Assembly (NCBI GenBank): GCA_948467495.1
Contig: CAOKEO010000002.1
Coordinates: forward strand, 7,649-71,648
Length of the DNA: 64,000 nucleotides
Source of the DNA: an uncultured Clostridium sp.
GTDB taxonomy: Bacteria; Bacillota; Clostridia; TANB77; CAG-508
Direction of reading: 5' to 3'
A model generated the notes under the pieces. It saw only the letters and a list, made by a program, of their open reading frames with translations, was not told where the DNA came from and did not search any database. This document shows, piece by piece, positions 20,004 to 29,605 of the stretch. The position numbers were made by a program, and so were the translations under genes. Numbering within the stretch: position 1 is the first letter of the stretch; the number at the start of each line of letters is the position of its first letter.

Positions 20004-21473
20004 ATGAAGTTAAATGAGATTTTAGTTGGATTAGAGGGATTGAAAGTAAGAGGAGATTTAGATTTAAACATAAAAGAAATAGAAAGTAACTCTAAAGAAA
20101 TAAAGAAAGGTTTTTTATTTGTTGCTATAAAAGGATTTGATACAGATGGTCACCAATATATTGAAGATGCCATTAAAAAGGGAGCAATTGCAGTTATGGT
20201 AGAAGAAGGGTGTAATTTAAAAGCCTTGGCGATACCGGAAGAAATTACCATTGTTATGGTGAAAAATACAAGAGAAGCTTTGGCAATTTGTTCTGCTAAT
20301 TTTTATGGTAATCCATCTAGAAAATTCAAATTAATAGGAGTAACAGGAACAAAAGGAAAAACAACAACTACTTTTATGATAAAAGAGATTTTGGAGAAAG
20401 CAGGAAAAAAGGTAGGGCTAATAGGTACCATTGCTACTTATAGAAATGGTAAAAAGGTAAAAGATAATGAGAGAACAACACCAGAAAGTTTGGCATTACA
20501 AAGGGAATTCGCCAAGATGGTAGAAGCAGGTGTAGAGGTAGTTGTGATGGAAGTATCTTCACAAAGTCTGAAACTGCATAGAGTAGATAGTTGTGAATTT
20601 GATATGGTATTATTTACAAACTTTTCAGAAGATCATATTAGTCCAAAAGAACATCCAGATATGGAAGATTATTTCAATTCAAAGTTAAAATTATTTGAAA
20701 TGTGTAAAACAGGAATTACAAATGCAGATGATTTATATGGTGCCAAAATACCAAAACGATTTCCAGAGCATAATATAACTACTTATGGTATTGATAATTT
20801 TGCCAATCTTTTAGCAAAAGATATTACGATTACGAATTCTTATGTTGATTTTAAAGTTAAAATAACAGATCGAAATGAAAGAGTAAAAACTAGTATTCCA
20901 GGAAGGTTTAGTGTATATAATTCATTAGCTGCTATTTGTGTTGCACAAAAATTTGGCATTTCTTCTGAAACGATAAAAGAAGCATTATTAGAAGTAAGAG
21001 TACCAGGAAGGTCAGAGCTTGTTACCAATAAAAAAGAAATACCTATTATGATTGATTATGCACATTCTCCAGAAAGCTTACAAAATATATTACAGGCTGT
21101 AAAAAGTTATACCAGAGGAAGAGTTATCAGTGTATTTGGTTGTGGTGGTGATAGAGATACAGGGAAAAGACCAATTATGGGAGAAATTTCAGGAAAGATT
21201 GCTGACTTTACTTTTATTACATCAGATAATCCAAGGACAGAAAAACCAGAAGAAATTGTCAATCAAATAGAAGAGGGAATGAAAAAGACAAAAGGAAAAT
21301 ATAAGGTCGTTATTGATCGAACCGAAGCAATCAAAGAGGCCATCCAAATGGCAACTAAAAGGGATATCATTATTCTTGCAGGAAAAGGACATGAACCATA
21401 TCAAGAAATAAATGGAGAAAAATATCCTTATGATGAGAGAGTTATTGTAAATGAGATTATAGAGGAATTATAA
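20004..21473 (+). CDS. murE: UDP-N-acetylmuramoyl-L-alanyl-D-glutamate--2,6-diaminopimelate ligase
   Basis: GVTGTKGKTTT P-loop. The DNPR motif (SDNPRTE) indicates meso-DAP specificity. Confidence 0.9.
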   Translation: MKLNEILVGLEGLKVRGDLDLNIKEIESNSKEIKKGFLFVAIKGFDTDGHQYIEDAIKKGAIAVMVEEGCNLKALAIPEEITIVMVKNTREALAICSANFYGNPSRKFKLIGVTGTKGKTTTTFMIKEILEKAGKKVGLIGTIATYRNGKKVKDNERTTPESLALQREFAKMVEAGVEVVVMEVSSQSLKLHRVDSCEFDMVLFTNFSEDHISPKEHPDMEDYFNSKLKLFEMCKTGITNADDLYGAKIPKRFPEHNITTYGIDNFANLLAKDITITNSYVDFKVKITDRNERVKTSIPGRFSVYNSLAAICVAQKFGISSETIKEALLEVRVPGRSELVTNKKEIPIMIDYAHSPESLQNILQAVKSYTRGRVISVFGCGGDRDTGKRPIMGEISGKIADFTFITSDNPRTEKPEEIVNQIEEGMKKTKGKYKVVIDRTEAIKEAIQMATKRDIIILAGKGHEPYQEINGEKYPYDERVIVNEIIEEL

Positions 21474-21485
21474 TATTTTGTAATT

Positions 21486-21625
21486 CAAGTTTATTATTTT
21501 TTATTGGTAACTCCCAACTTCGTACACTCTGTAAAGAAAACAAACAATAAATTGAAATGCTATCTAACAGACTGTAACTGGTTGGTTTTTCCGAATTGTT
21601 ATGGCATAAAAAGTAATAAACTTAA
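21486..21625 (-). repeat. Decayed copy of the MITE-like element (core with an insertion; C-tract degraded to tttttcc)
   Basis: ggtaactcccaacttcgtacactctgt...acagactgtaactggttggtttttccgaattgttat, flanked by the inverted repeat aagtttattattttttat / ataaaaagtaataaactt. Confidence 0.5.
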
Positions 21626-21666
21626 AAATAAATACTACTACAAGAAAAGAAGAAAGGTTTGGTAAA

Positions 21667-22647
21667 ATGAGAGTAGAAACAAGTATGTTAATCCTAGCTT
21701 TTATCACGGCCATTGTATTAGGCTTTGTTATCATACCAATATTAAGAAAATTAAAGGTAGGTCAAATTGAAAGAGATGATGGACCACAATCTCATTTAAA
21801 AAAACAAGGAACCCCTACTATGGGTGGAATCATTATGATTATCACCATGATTTTAGTAGTTACAGGAACTTATATTTTTTTAAATATTCAGTCAAAAAAC
21901 GAAACAGCTAACCGATTAATTCCAATGTTAATACTTACGATAGGGTTTGGCGTAATAGGCTTTATTGATGATTTTAAAAAGTTAGTTTTGAAAAATACTA
22001 AAGGATTAAAACCAAGTTATAAGATGTTAGGTTTATTACTTATTTCTGTTATCTATGTTATTTATTTAGTACAAGGATTACAAATAGGAACTAATACATA
22101 TATTCCAATTTTAAAAATATATATTAATATACCAATTTATTTTTATATTCCATTTGCTATTCTTGTTATTTTAGCAACGACAAATGCTATTAATTTGACC
22201 GATGGAATTGATGGACTTTCTTCTAGTGTATCTGCTATTATTGTTACTTGTTTAACTGTGATAGGAATGATGGCAGGTATGAAAGAAATTTCTATTTTTG
22301 GTAGTATTGTAATTGGTAGTGTATTAGGATTTTTGATGTTTAATTTGCATCCAGCTAAAGTATTTATGGGAGATACAGGTTCTTTACTTTTAGGAGGTGT
22401 TATATCTGCTATTGCTTTATATTTGAAAATGCCATTATTGCTTATTCTAATAGCTTTAGTTCCTGTACTTGAAACACTTTCTGTCATGATACAAGTAATT
22501 TACTTCAAAAAAACAGGAAAGAGATTTTTCAAAATGGCACCTTTGCATCATCATTTTGAGTTATTAGGTTGGAAGGAAAGTAAAGTAGTTATTATATTTA
22601 GTTTGGTTACTTTGGTCTTGTGTGTAACAGGATTAAAAATTATTTAA
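21667..22647 (+). CDS. mraY: Phospho-N-acetylmuramoyl-pentapeptide transferase
   Basis: NAINLTDGIDGL, MGDTGSL and HHHFE motifs. 326 aa. Confidence 0.9.
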   Translation: MRVETSMLILAFITAIVLGFVIIPILRKLKVGQIERDDGPQSHLKKQGTPTMGGIIMIITMILVVTGTYIFLNIQSKNETANRLIPMLILTIGFGVIGFIDDFKKLVLKNTKGLKPSYKMLGLLLISVIYVIYLVQGLQIGTNTYIPILKIYINIPIYFYIPFAILVILATTNAINLTDGIDGLSSSVSAIIVTCLTVIGMMAGMKEISIFGSIVIGSVLGFLMFNLHPAKVFMGDTGSLLLGGVISAIALYLKMPLLLILIALVPVLETLSVMIQVIYFKKTGKRFFKMAPLHHHFELLGWKESKVVIIFSLVTLVLCVTGLKII

Positions 22648-22737
22648 TAAAATTTTTATGAAATCCGAGTAAAAAATTATAATATAGTTGTCAAATAATA
22701 TTAAATGTTTTATTTTTTAGAAAGGGAAAGGTTTTTA

Positions 22738-23874
22738 ATGGCGAAGAAAAGAAAAGAAAAGAGTTTTTCAAGTTTTTTGAATAATCCAATAGATTTTACC
22801 TTGCTAATAACAATATTATTGTTGCTTTCCATTGGTTTAATTATGGTGTTGTCAGCCAGTTCACCTTCTGCACTTGCAGAAAGTGGGGACAGTTATTCTT
22901 ATTTTTCCAAACAATTGATATTTGCTATTTTAGGAATTATTGCCATGTTATTTATATCCAAGATTGATTATCGATTTTATCAAAAATTTTATAAACATGC
23001 TTGGTGGCTTTCTTTAATTTTGTTAGCTTTAGTATTAGTTGTTGGAAGAAAAATAAATGGTGCACAAAGATGGATTTACGTAACAGAGACATTGTCAATT
23101 CAGCCATCTGAGTTAGTAAAAATCTTGATGATTTTATTTTATGCTGGTATTCTCATGAAAAATAGAGATCAATTAAGTTTATATAGTAAAGGTTTTATAA
23201 AACATATCTGTTTATTAGCACCAATTATAGGGCTATTATTATTAGAACCCCATTTTAGTGCATCTGTAGTTATTATAGTAATATGTGCTATCATGATGAT
23301 TATGGCAGGTTGTAAATTTTGGCATTTTGTTGTTACAGGGTGTGTATTTGGAGTGCCAGCTGTTGTAGCATTAATATTGTTGGAACCATATAGATTAAAA
23401 AGAGTTATTACATTTTTGGATCCATGGCAAGATGCCATAGGAGATGGATGGCAAGTTATCCAAAGTTTATATGCTATTCGGTTCTCGGGGGACTATTTGG
23501 AGCAGGATTGGGAGAAAGTAAACAAAAATTTCTTTATATTCCTGAACCACATAATGATTTTATCTTCTCGATTTTAGGAGAAGAACTAGGATTCATAGGA
23601 TGTGCTGCTGTCTTGATTTTATTTGCTATTTTTATTTGGAGAGGGGTTTTGATTGCCATGAGAGCTCCAGACATGTTTGGTAGCTTAGTAGCAATCGGTA
23701 TTACATCATTGGTAGCGATACAAGTGATTATTAATGTGGCTGTAGTAACTTCATCCATGCCAGCAACAGGAATGCCATTACCATTTTTTAGTTATCGGTG
23801 GAACCGCTTTATTTTTCTTGTTATGTCAGATGGGTATATTGCTGAATATATCAAGAGCTAGTGCAAAATCTTGA
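22738..23874 (+). CDS. ftsW: SEDS-family peptidoglycan glycosyltransferase FtsW/SpoVE; needs three +1 skips at in-frame CGG (C23479, C23486, C23796)
   Basis: Skipping the Cs converts AIRFSGDYLEQ... into AI-G-S-G-GLFGAGLGESKQKFLYIPEPHNDFIF, and SYRWNRFIF... into SY-GGTALFFLLCQMGILLNISRASAKS. The stop becomes TGA 23872-23874 and the product is 377 aa. Start at MAKKRKEKSF (ATG 22738). Confidence 0.85.
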
Positions 23875-23907
23875 TGAAAAACATAATCATTAAAGAAGGA
23901 GATAGAG

Positions 23908-25029
23908 ATGAGAGTAATAATAGCAGCAGCTGGAACAGCTGGTCACATTAATCCAGGAATAGCAATTGCTAATAAAATAAAACAAGAAAATCCAAATGCA
24001 GAGATTATTTTTGTAGGAACAACCAGAGGATTAGAAAATGATTTAGTTCCAAGGGCTGGTTATGAATTAAAGACAATTAATGCTTATGGATTTAGTAAAA
24101 AGATTTCTATAGAGAATTTAAAAAAATTATATAAAACTTGTAAGGGATTTGGCGAAGCTAAAAAAATAATCAAAGAATTTAAACCAGATATTGTAATTGG
24201 AACAGGTGGTTATATATGTGGTGCTATGATTACATCAGCACATAATTTACATGTTCCAACAATGTTGCATGAAAGCAATAGTTTCCCAGGAAAAGCAGTA
24301 AAAATGTTAGCCAAAAAAACAGATACGATTTTGGTTTCTTTTAAAGATGCGATTCCACGAATTAAAAAAGCAAAAAAAGTGGTACATACAGGGACACCTG
24401 TAAAAATAAGAAAACAAGATTATGGCATAAATGAAAAAAATAGGATGTTAAAAGAATTAGGATTAAATGAAATAAAACCTATTATTTTAGTATCAGGAGG
24501 AAGTCAGGGAGCTCAAAAGATTAATGAAGCAATAATTGCTATTATTTTAAATAAATTAAACAAAAATTATCAAGTAATATGGGCAACTGGTCCCAAACAA
24601 TTTGATGGGGTAAAAGAAATCTTAGAAAAAGATGGGATTTGCATGTCTCATATGGAAGGAATTAAAATTTTACCATATATTTATAATATGCAAGAAATTA
24701 TGAATATAGCAGATGTTATGATTGGAAGAGCGGGGGCTATGACAGTAACAGAAATTTCTAATTTAGGCAAGCCTTCTATTTTAATTCCACTTCCTAATGT
24801 AAGTCATAATCATCAGTTATATAATGCAAAAGTTCTAGAAGATGTAGATGCGGCAAAAATTATTTTGAATGATGAATTAACAGGAGAAAAATTAAGTTGT
24901 ACCATTGAAGAAATCATTTTAAATCAATCCAAAATGCAAAAGATGGGAGAGAATGCACTTAAAGTTTCAACAAGGGAAGCAGAAAAGAAAATTTATCAAG
25001 AAATAAAGTTATTAGTGAAAAAGGAATGA
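23908..25029 (+). CDS. murG: Undecaprenyldiphospho-muramoylpentapeptide beta-N-acetylglucosaminyltransferase
   Basis: AAGTAGHINPG N-terminal motif and GGSQGA donor-binding motif. dcw context. Confidence 0.9.
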   Translation: MRVIIAAAGTAGHINPGIAIANKIKQENPNAEIIFVGTTRGLENDLVPRAGYELKTINAYGFSKKISIENLKKLYKTCKGFGEAKKIIKEFKPDIVIGTGGYICGAMITSAHNLHVPTMLHESNSFPGKAVKMLAKKTDTILVSFKDAIPRIKKAKKVVHTGTPVKIRKQDYGINEKNRMLKELGLNEIKPIILVSGGSQGAQKINEAIIAIILNKLNKNYQVIWATGPKQFDGVKEILEKDGICMSHMEGIKILPYIYNMQEIMNIADVMIGRAGAMTVTEISNLGKPSILIPLPNVSHNHQLYNAKVLEDVDAAKIILNDELTGEKLSCTIEEIILNQSKMQKMGENALKVSTREAEKKIYQEIKLLVKKE

Positions 25030-25037
25030 GATTGTAA

Positions 25038-26466
25038 ATGTTCAAAAATACACAATTTAATAAAATTATATTAGTATTATTTGTGATTGATATGATAGTA
25101 ATAAGTGGATTGGGAATTTGTTTCTTAAATCTACTGGAAAGTATGAATGAGCAAATTCAAGTAGGACAAGCTATTGCTATACAAGAGTGGCAAAATAAGA
25201 CGATAGTAATATTGGTAGTAACAGGAATGGTGCTTGCTATTATTGGTATTTTGGCAGCCGTATTTTTATCTCAATATATAATTTATCCTATTAGTAAACT
25301 GATTAAGAGTGCAGAAGGAATAACAGAGGAAGATAAAAATGGAAAAAGAATTCTAAAAAATGCAAAAGGAAATGAAACTCAGGATTTAGAGAATGTATTA
25401 GGAATTATGACCACAGAATTGAAGGAAAAATTGAGTGAGGTATCTACGCAAAAAAATCAAATTGAAACAATTTTACTTCATATGACAGATGGTATTATAG
25501 CTTTCAATAGGAGGGGCGAAATTATCTTAATCAATCCAGCAGCCAAAAAATTTTTGAGCATTCGACCAGAAGATAATACTTTTGAGGATATTTTTAAAAA
25601 ATTTAAGTTGGATATTAATATAGAAAAAATAATTTATTTAGAAAATTGGACTTCTACGGAACAAAGAATTCAAGTAGAAGATAAGTATATGAATGTATTT
25701 TTTGCACCATTTAAAAATGAAACAGATAGACCAGATGGTGTGATTGCTGTTATACAAGATATAACAGAACATGTAAAATTGGACACGATGCAAAAAGAAT
25801 TTGTTGCTGATGTATCACATGAATTAAAGACACCAATTACTTCTATTATGGGATATGCTGATACCTTATTAGAAGGAGAATATGAGAAAGAAACACAAGA
25901 TAAATTTTTAAATGTGATTGCTACAGAAGCTAGAAGAATGGCAAAATTGGTTACCGATTTATTAACATTATCTCGTTATGATAACAATAATAAGATAATA
26001 CAGAAAGAAGCATTTGATTTAGGTGATTTAGTAAAAAAATGCCAAGATAAAGTAGCCATTGAAATTAAAAAGAAAAATCATAAGGTAAACTGCTTTGTAA
26101 CAGCTGATGTTCCACCAGTTTATGCAGATAAATACGATATTGAAAGAGTGGTACTAAATATTTTAACCAATAGTATTAAATATACAAAAGATGGCGGTGA
26201 AATCAAGATATATGTAGGTTTTGTTTATAATGATGCATATATTAAGGTTTTTGATAATGGAATTGGTATCCCAGAAGATGACTTAAATCGAATTTTTGAG
26301 AGATTTTATCGTGTGGATAAGGCTCGTACAAGAGAAATGGGAGGAACAGGACTTCGGACTTTCCATTGCAAAAGAAATATTAGATAAAAATGGCGGAAGT
26401 ATTGATATCAAAAGTGTAGTTGGACAAGGGACAGAAGTTGTGGTAAGAATTCCAACAAAACAATAG
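25038..26466 (+). CDS. Sensor histidine kinase (TM-HAMP-PAS-HisKA-HATPase); needs a +1 skip at in-frame CGG (C26355)
   Basis: H-box SHELKTPITSI and N-box LNILTNSIKYT. Skipping C26355 turns GGTGLRTFHCKRNIR* into GGTGL-GLSIAKEILDKNGGSIDIKSVVGQGTEVVVRIPTKQ*, restoring the G2 box. The stop is TAG 26464-26466 and the product is 475 aa. There is no adjacent response regulator. Confidence 0.85.
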
Positions 26467-26474
26467 TATTTTCA

Positions 26475-26503
26475 TTGAAAAATTACAAAAATTAAGGTAT
26501 AAT
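26475..26503 (+). promoter_or_regulatory. Sigma-A type promoter (TTGAAA-17-TATAAT)
   Basis: ttgaaa 26475-26480, 17-nt spacer, tataat 26498-26503. Upstream of lepB. Confidence 0.45.
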
Positions 26504-26536
26504 AGTAAAAGATAAAAGCGAAAAGGAGAGATTACG

Positions 26537-27169
26537 TTGAGTGAAAAAACAAAAGATATATTAGAATGGATTTATTGTATTGTAATTGCCTTAGTATTAG
26601 CCATGTTGTTTCGCTATTTTATAGGAACTCCAACGATTGTAAAACAGGTATCTATGTATCCAACACTAATACAAGATGAAAGATTATGGTTAAACAGATG
26701 GGGAAGAACAACTAAAACTTTACCAAAGAGAGGTCAAATTATAACTTTTGAAGAACCAGCTAAGATAACTTATTCTGCTTCTGAAATAGATCAAAATAAT
26801 CCAGTTGCAAAGTATCATGAAAAAAATGTGTTTCAATGGTTTGTAAATAATTTCTTAGAAATTGGAAAGAGAAGTTATATTAAAAGAGCCATTGCTATGC
26901 CTGGAGAACAGGTAGAAATAAAAGAGGGTAAAGTATATATTAATGGAGAAGTATTAGAAGAACCCTATTTACAAGAAGGAATTGTTACTGATATAACAGG
27001 GGCAGGATTTGATAATTTTATTGTTCCTGAAAATTGTATCTTTGCTATGGGGGATAATCGAAATCATAGTACAGATTGTAGAGCATTTGGATGTATCCCA
27101 CTAGAGGAAATTGAAAGTACAGTATCGATTAGAATTTGGCCATTCAATAAGTGGGGAAAAGTACAGTAG
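26537..27169 (+). CDS. lepB: Signal peptidase I
   Basis: N-terminal TM segment. SMYPTL (catalytic Ser box), KRAIAMPGE and GDNRNHSTDCRAFG boxes. TTG start. Confidence 0.85.
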   Translation: MSEKTKDILEWIYCIVIALVLAMLFRYFIGTPTIVKQVSMYPTLIQDERLWLNRWGRTTKTLPKRGQIITFEEPAKITYSASEIDQNNPVAKYHEKNVFQWFVNNFLEIGKRSYIKRAIAMPGEQVEIKEGKVYINGEVLEEPYLQEGIVTDITGAGFDNFIVPENCIFAMGDNRNHSTDCRAFGCIPLEEIESTVSIRIWPFNKWGKVQ

Positions 27170-27215
27170 AGAAAATGGGTAGAGATATCAAAATGATGAT
27201 AAAAGAGGAAAAAGG

Positions 27216-28103
27216 ATGTTTAAAGAAATAATTGGAAATAATCAAATAAAGCAAATGCTACAAAAATCAATTCAGAAAGGAAATTTGTCACATAGTTATT
27301 TATTTATAGGCATACAAGGAATAGGAAAGAAGATGCTAGCAAAAGAATTTGCAAAAAATATTTTATGCTTAGAAAAAGAAGACAACAATACTTGTCAATC
27401 TTGTATTGAGTTTGAAAGTAAAAATCATCCAGATTTTTGGGAGATAGAAGCAGATGGAAATAGCATTAAGATTGAGCAAATCCGTTTTTTACAAAAGAAA
27501 ATACAAGAAAAGCCAATTATATCCAAACGAAAAGTATATATGATAAATGACGCCGATTTAATGACAGTAGAGGCACAAAATTGTTTGCTAAAAACATTAG
27601 AAGAACCTCCTGAATTTGCAATCATCATTTTAATTGGAAGTAATGATAATGCTTTTTTATCTACGATAAAATCTAGATGTATGATATTAAATTTCCAACC
27701 AATCGAAGAAAAAGAACTGAAAGAATATATGGAAGTACATTATGGACTAACTAATATTTCATCAAATCATCTCACTATGTTTCAAGGTAGTGTTGGAAAA
27801 GCCATTTTATTAAAAGATAAACAAGCTCAATACGATAGCCTAGAAAAAATGATAGAGAACTTAAATAAGAAGGATTTGCTAGAAGTAGTATCCTTAGCAA
27901 ATTTATTATACCAGGCAAAAGATGAGATTTTTGAGATATTAGAATATATTAATATATTATTATTCAGGCATGCAAAAGAAAATTATTTATACACAAATTG
28001 TATTCATATTGTGGAAAACACGAAGAAAAGGTTAAAGCAGAATGGTAATTATGATATGTGTATAGATGAAATGGTGTTTAAAATGTGGGAGGAATTGGCT
28101 TGA
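27216..28103 (+). CDS. holB: DNA polymerase III subunit delta prime
   Basis: SHSYLFIGIQGIGKKMLA, a zinc-module-like C..C, LLKTLEEPP and TIKSRC motifs. holB-ricT synteny as in Bacillus. Confidence 0.8.
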   Translation: MFKEIIGNNQIKQMLQKSIQKGNLSHSYLFIGIQGIGKKMLAKEFAKNILCLEKEDNNTCQSCIEFESKNHPDFWEIEADGNSIKIEQIRFLQKKIQEKPIISKRKVYMINDADLMTVEAQNCLLKTLEEPPEFAIIILIGSNDNAFLSTIKSRCMILNFQPIEEKELKEYMEVHYGLTNISSNHLTMFQGSVGKAILLKDKQAQYDSLEKMIENLNKKDLLEVVSLANLLYQAKDEIFEILEYINILLFRHAKENYLYTNCIHIVENTKKRLKQNGNYDMCIDEMVFKMWEELA

Positions 28104-28141
28104 AAGAATTTCTATTTCCAAGTCATAGAAAGGAATGAAAA

Positions 28142-29038
28142 TTGAAAAATATAATAGGAGTAAGATTTAAGAAATTAGGGAAAATATATTTCTTTAATCC
28201 AAAAAGACTAAGAGTAAGAAAAGGTGACAAAGTTATTGTTGAAACAGCACAAGGCGAAGAATATGGAGAAGTTATGATACCGAATCGCTGGGTTGAGGAT
28301 GATAAAATTGTATTACCTTTAAAAAAGGTAATACGTATTGCTAATTATAGAGATCATAAACATTATGAAGAATGTAGAAGAAAAGAAAAAGAAACATTTC
28401 AGGTATGTTTAAAGAAGATAAAAGAACACAAATTAGACATGACATTAACAGATGTGGAATATAAATTTGATAATAGTAAAATTTTATTTTATTTTACAGC
28501 AGATGGGAGAATTGATTTTAGAGAGTTAGTAAAGGATTTGGCAGCTATTTATAAAACACGTATTGAGTTAAGACAAATTGGAGTTAGAGATGAAGTAAAA
28601 AGAATTGGCGGAAATGGTATTTGTGGTAGAGAACTTTGTTGTTGTTCCTTTTTAAGCGATTTTGAAACAGTATCGATTAAAATGGCAAAAGAACAAAATA
28701 TGTCATTAAATCCATCTAAAATATCTGGAAACTGTGGAAGATTAATGTGTTGCTTAAAATATGAGAACGATGTTTATGAAGAAAAATTAAAAAATTTACC
28801 TAACATAGGAGCTATTGTTGCAACAGAAGAGGGAGAAGGAGAAGTAGAATCAATCGAGACTTTAAAAGAACGTGTAAGGGTAAAAATCAAAGATGGTGAA
28901 GATGGCTACTTTTATAAAAGATATGATGCAAAAGACATAAAAGTAATTAAGGATGCAATAGCAGAAAATATAAATGATGAAGAATTAGAACATAAAAAGG
29001 AATTAGAAGAATTAGAAAAATTGGATGAAACTTTATAG
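28142..29038 (+). CDS. ricT: PSP1-domain protein RicT (YaaT, stage 0 sporulation protein)
   Basis: PSP1 C-terminal domain with cysteine clusters GICGRELCCCSFL and CGRLMCCLKYE. TTG start. Located downstream of holB. Confidence 0.8.
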   Translation: MKNIIGVRFKKLGKIYFFNPKRLRVRKGDKVIVETAQGEEYGEVMIPNRWVEDDKIVLPLKKVIRIANYRDHKHYEECRRKEKETFQVCLKKIKEHKLDMTLTDVEYKFDNSKILFYFTADGRIDFRELVKDLAAIYKTRIELRQIGVRDEVKRIGGNGICGRELCCCSFLSDFETVSIKMAKEQNMSLNPSKISGNCGRLMCCLKYENDVYEEKLKNLPNIGAIVATEEGEGEVESIETLKERVRVKIKDGEDGYFYKRYDAKDIKVIKDAIAENINDEELEHKKELEELEKLDETL

Positions 29039-29073
29039 TTATCGATGTAAACAATTTTAGGAGGTGAAAAGAG

Positions 29074-29250
29074 ATGGCATATAAGATTACAGATAAATGT
29101 ATTTCTTGTGGAGCTTGTGCAGCTGAATGTCCAGTACAGTGTATATCACAAGGTGAAGACAAGTTTATCATTGATGAATCAGCTTGTATTAATTGTGGTA
29201 CTTGTGCAGGCGTTTGTCCAGTAGAAGCACCAGTAGAAAGTAACGATTAA
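29074..29250 (+). CDS. fdx: 2x[4Fe-4S] ferredoxin (58 aa)
   Basis: Not in the ORF track. RBS ggaggtgaaaagag. [58 protein letters not shown] has two CxxCxxCxxxCP motifs. Confidence 0.8.
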   Translation: MAYKITDKCISCGACAAECPVQCISQGEDKFIIDESACINCGTCAGVCPVEAPVESND

Positions 29251-29335
29251 GATAAAAATGAAATATTAGAAATACAAAAGAGTGTAAAAGGGGTTATATC
29301 AATAACCTCTTTTATTAAACAAAGATAGTTTCTAT

Positions 29336-29504
29336 GTAACGATTCTAGACGTCTTGTTTTTTGTAATAAAAGTTTCTATATTTTTTATGATGTAACAATT
29401 CGGGGGGACCAGCTGCGAACAGTCTGTTATAAGATTACAGACTGTTCGCAGCTGGGAGTTACGAATAAAAAATATAGAAACTTTCTAATTGGAATATATC
29501 ACCT
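29336..29504 (+). mobile_element. MITE-like repeat element (arms plus full core), copy B
   Basis: Left arm gtaacgattctagacgtcttgttttttgtaataaaagtttctatattttttatgatgtaac. Core aattcgggggga + a perfect 19-bp stem (ccagctgcgaacagtctgt / acagactgttcgcagctgg, 29409-29455) + gagttac. Right arm ataaaaaatatagaaactttctaattggaatatatcacct. Confidence 0.75.
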
Positions 29505-29605
29505 GTAAAAAGTTATGCTTCTATATTTTTTATAAGAAAATTCGATTGATTTTTCAGTATCATAAAGTATATAATATAATCTATATAATAATTAGGGAGG
29601 AAATT

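Noticed and set aside
29489-29605. Upstream extension of the flippase-like gene (track start 29489)
   Set aside because: The extension starts inside the MITE copy and encodes junk (MEYITCKKLCFYIFYKK...). ATG 29606 has a good RBS.
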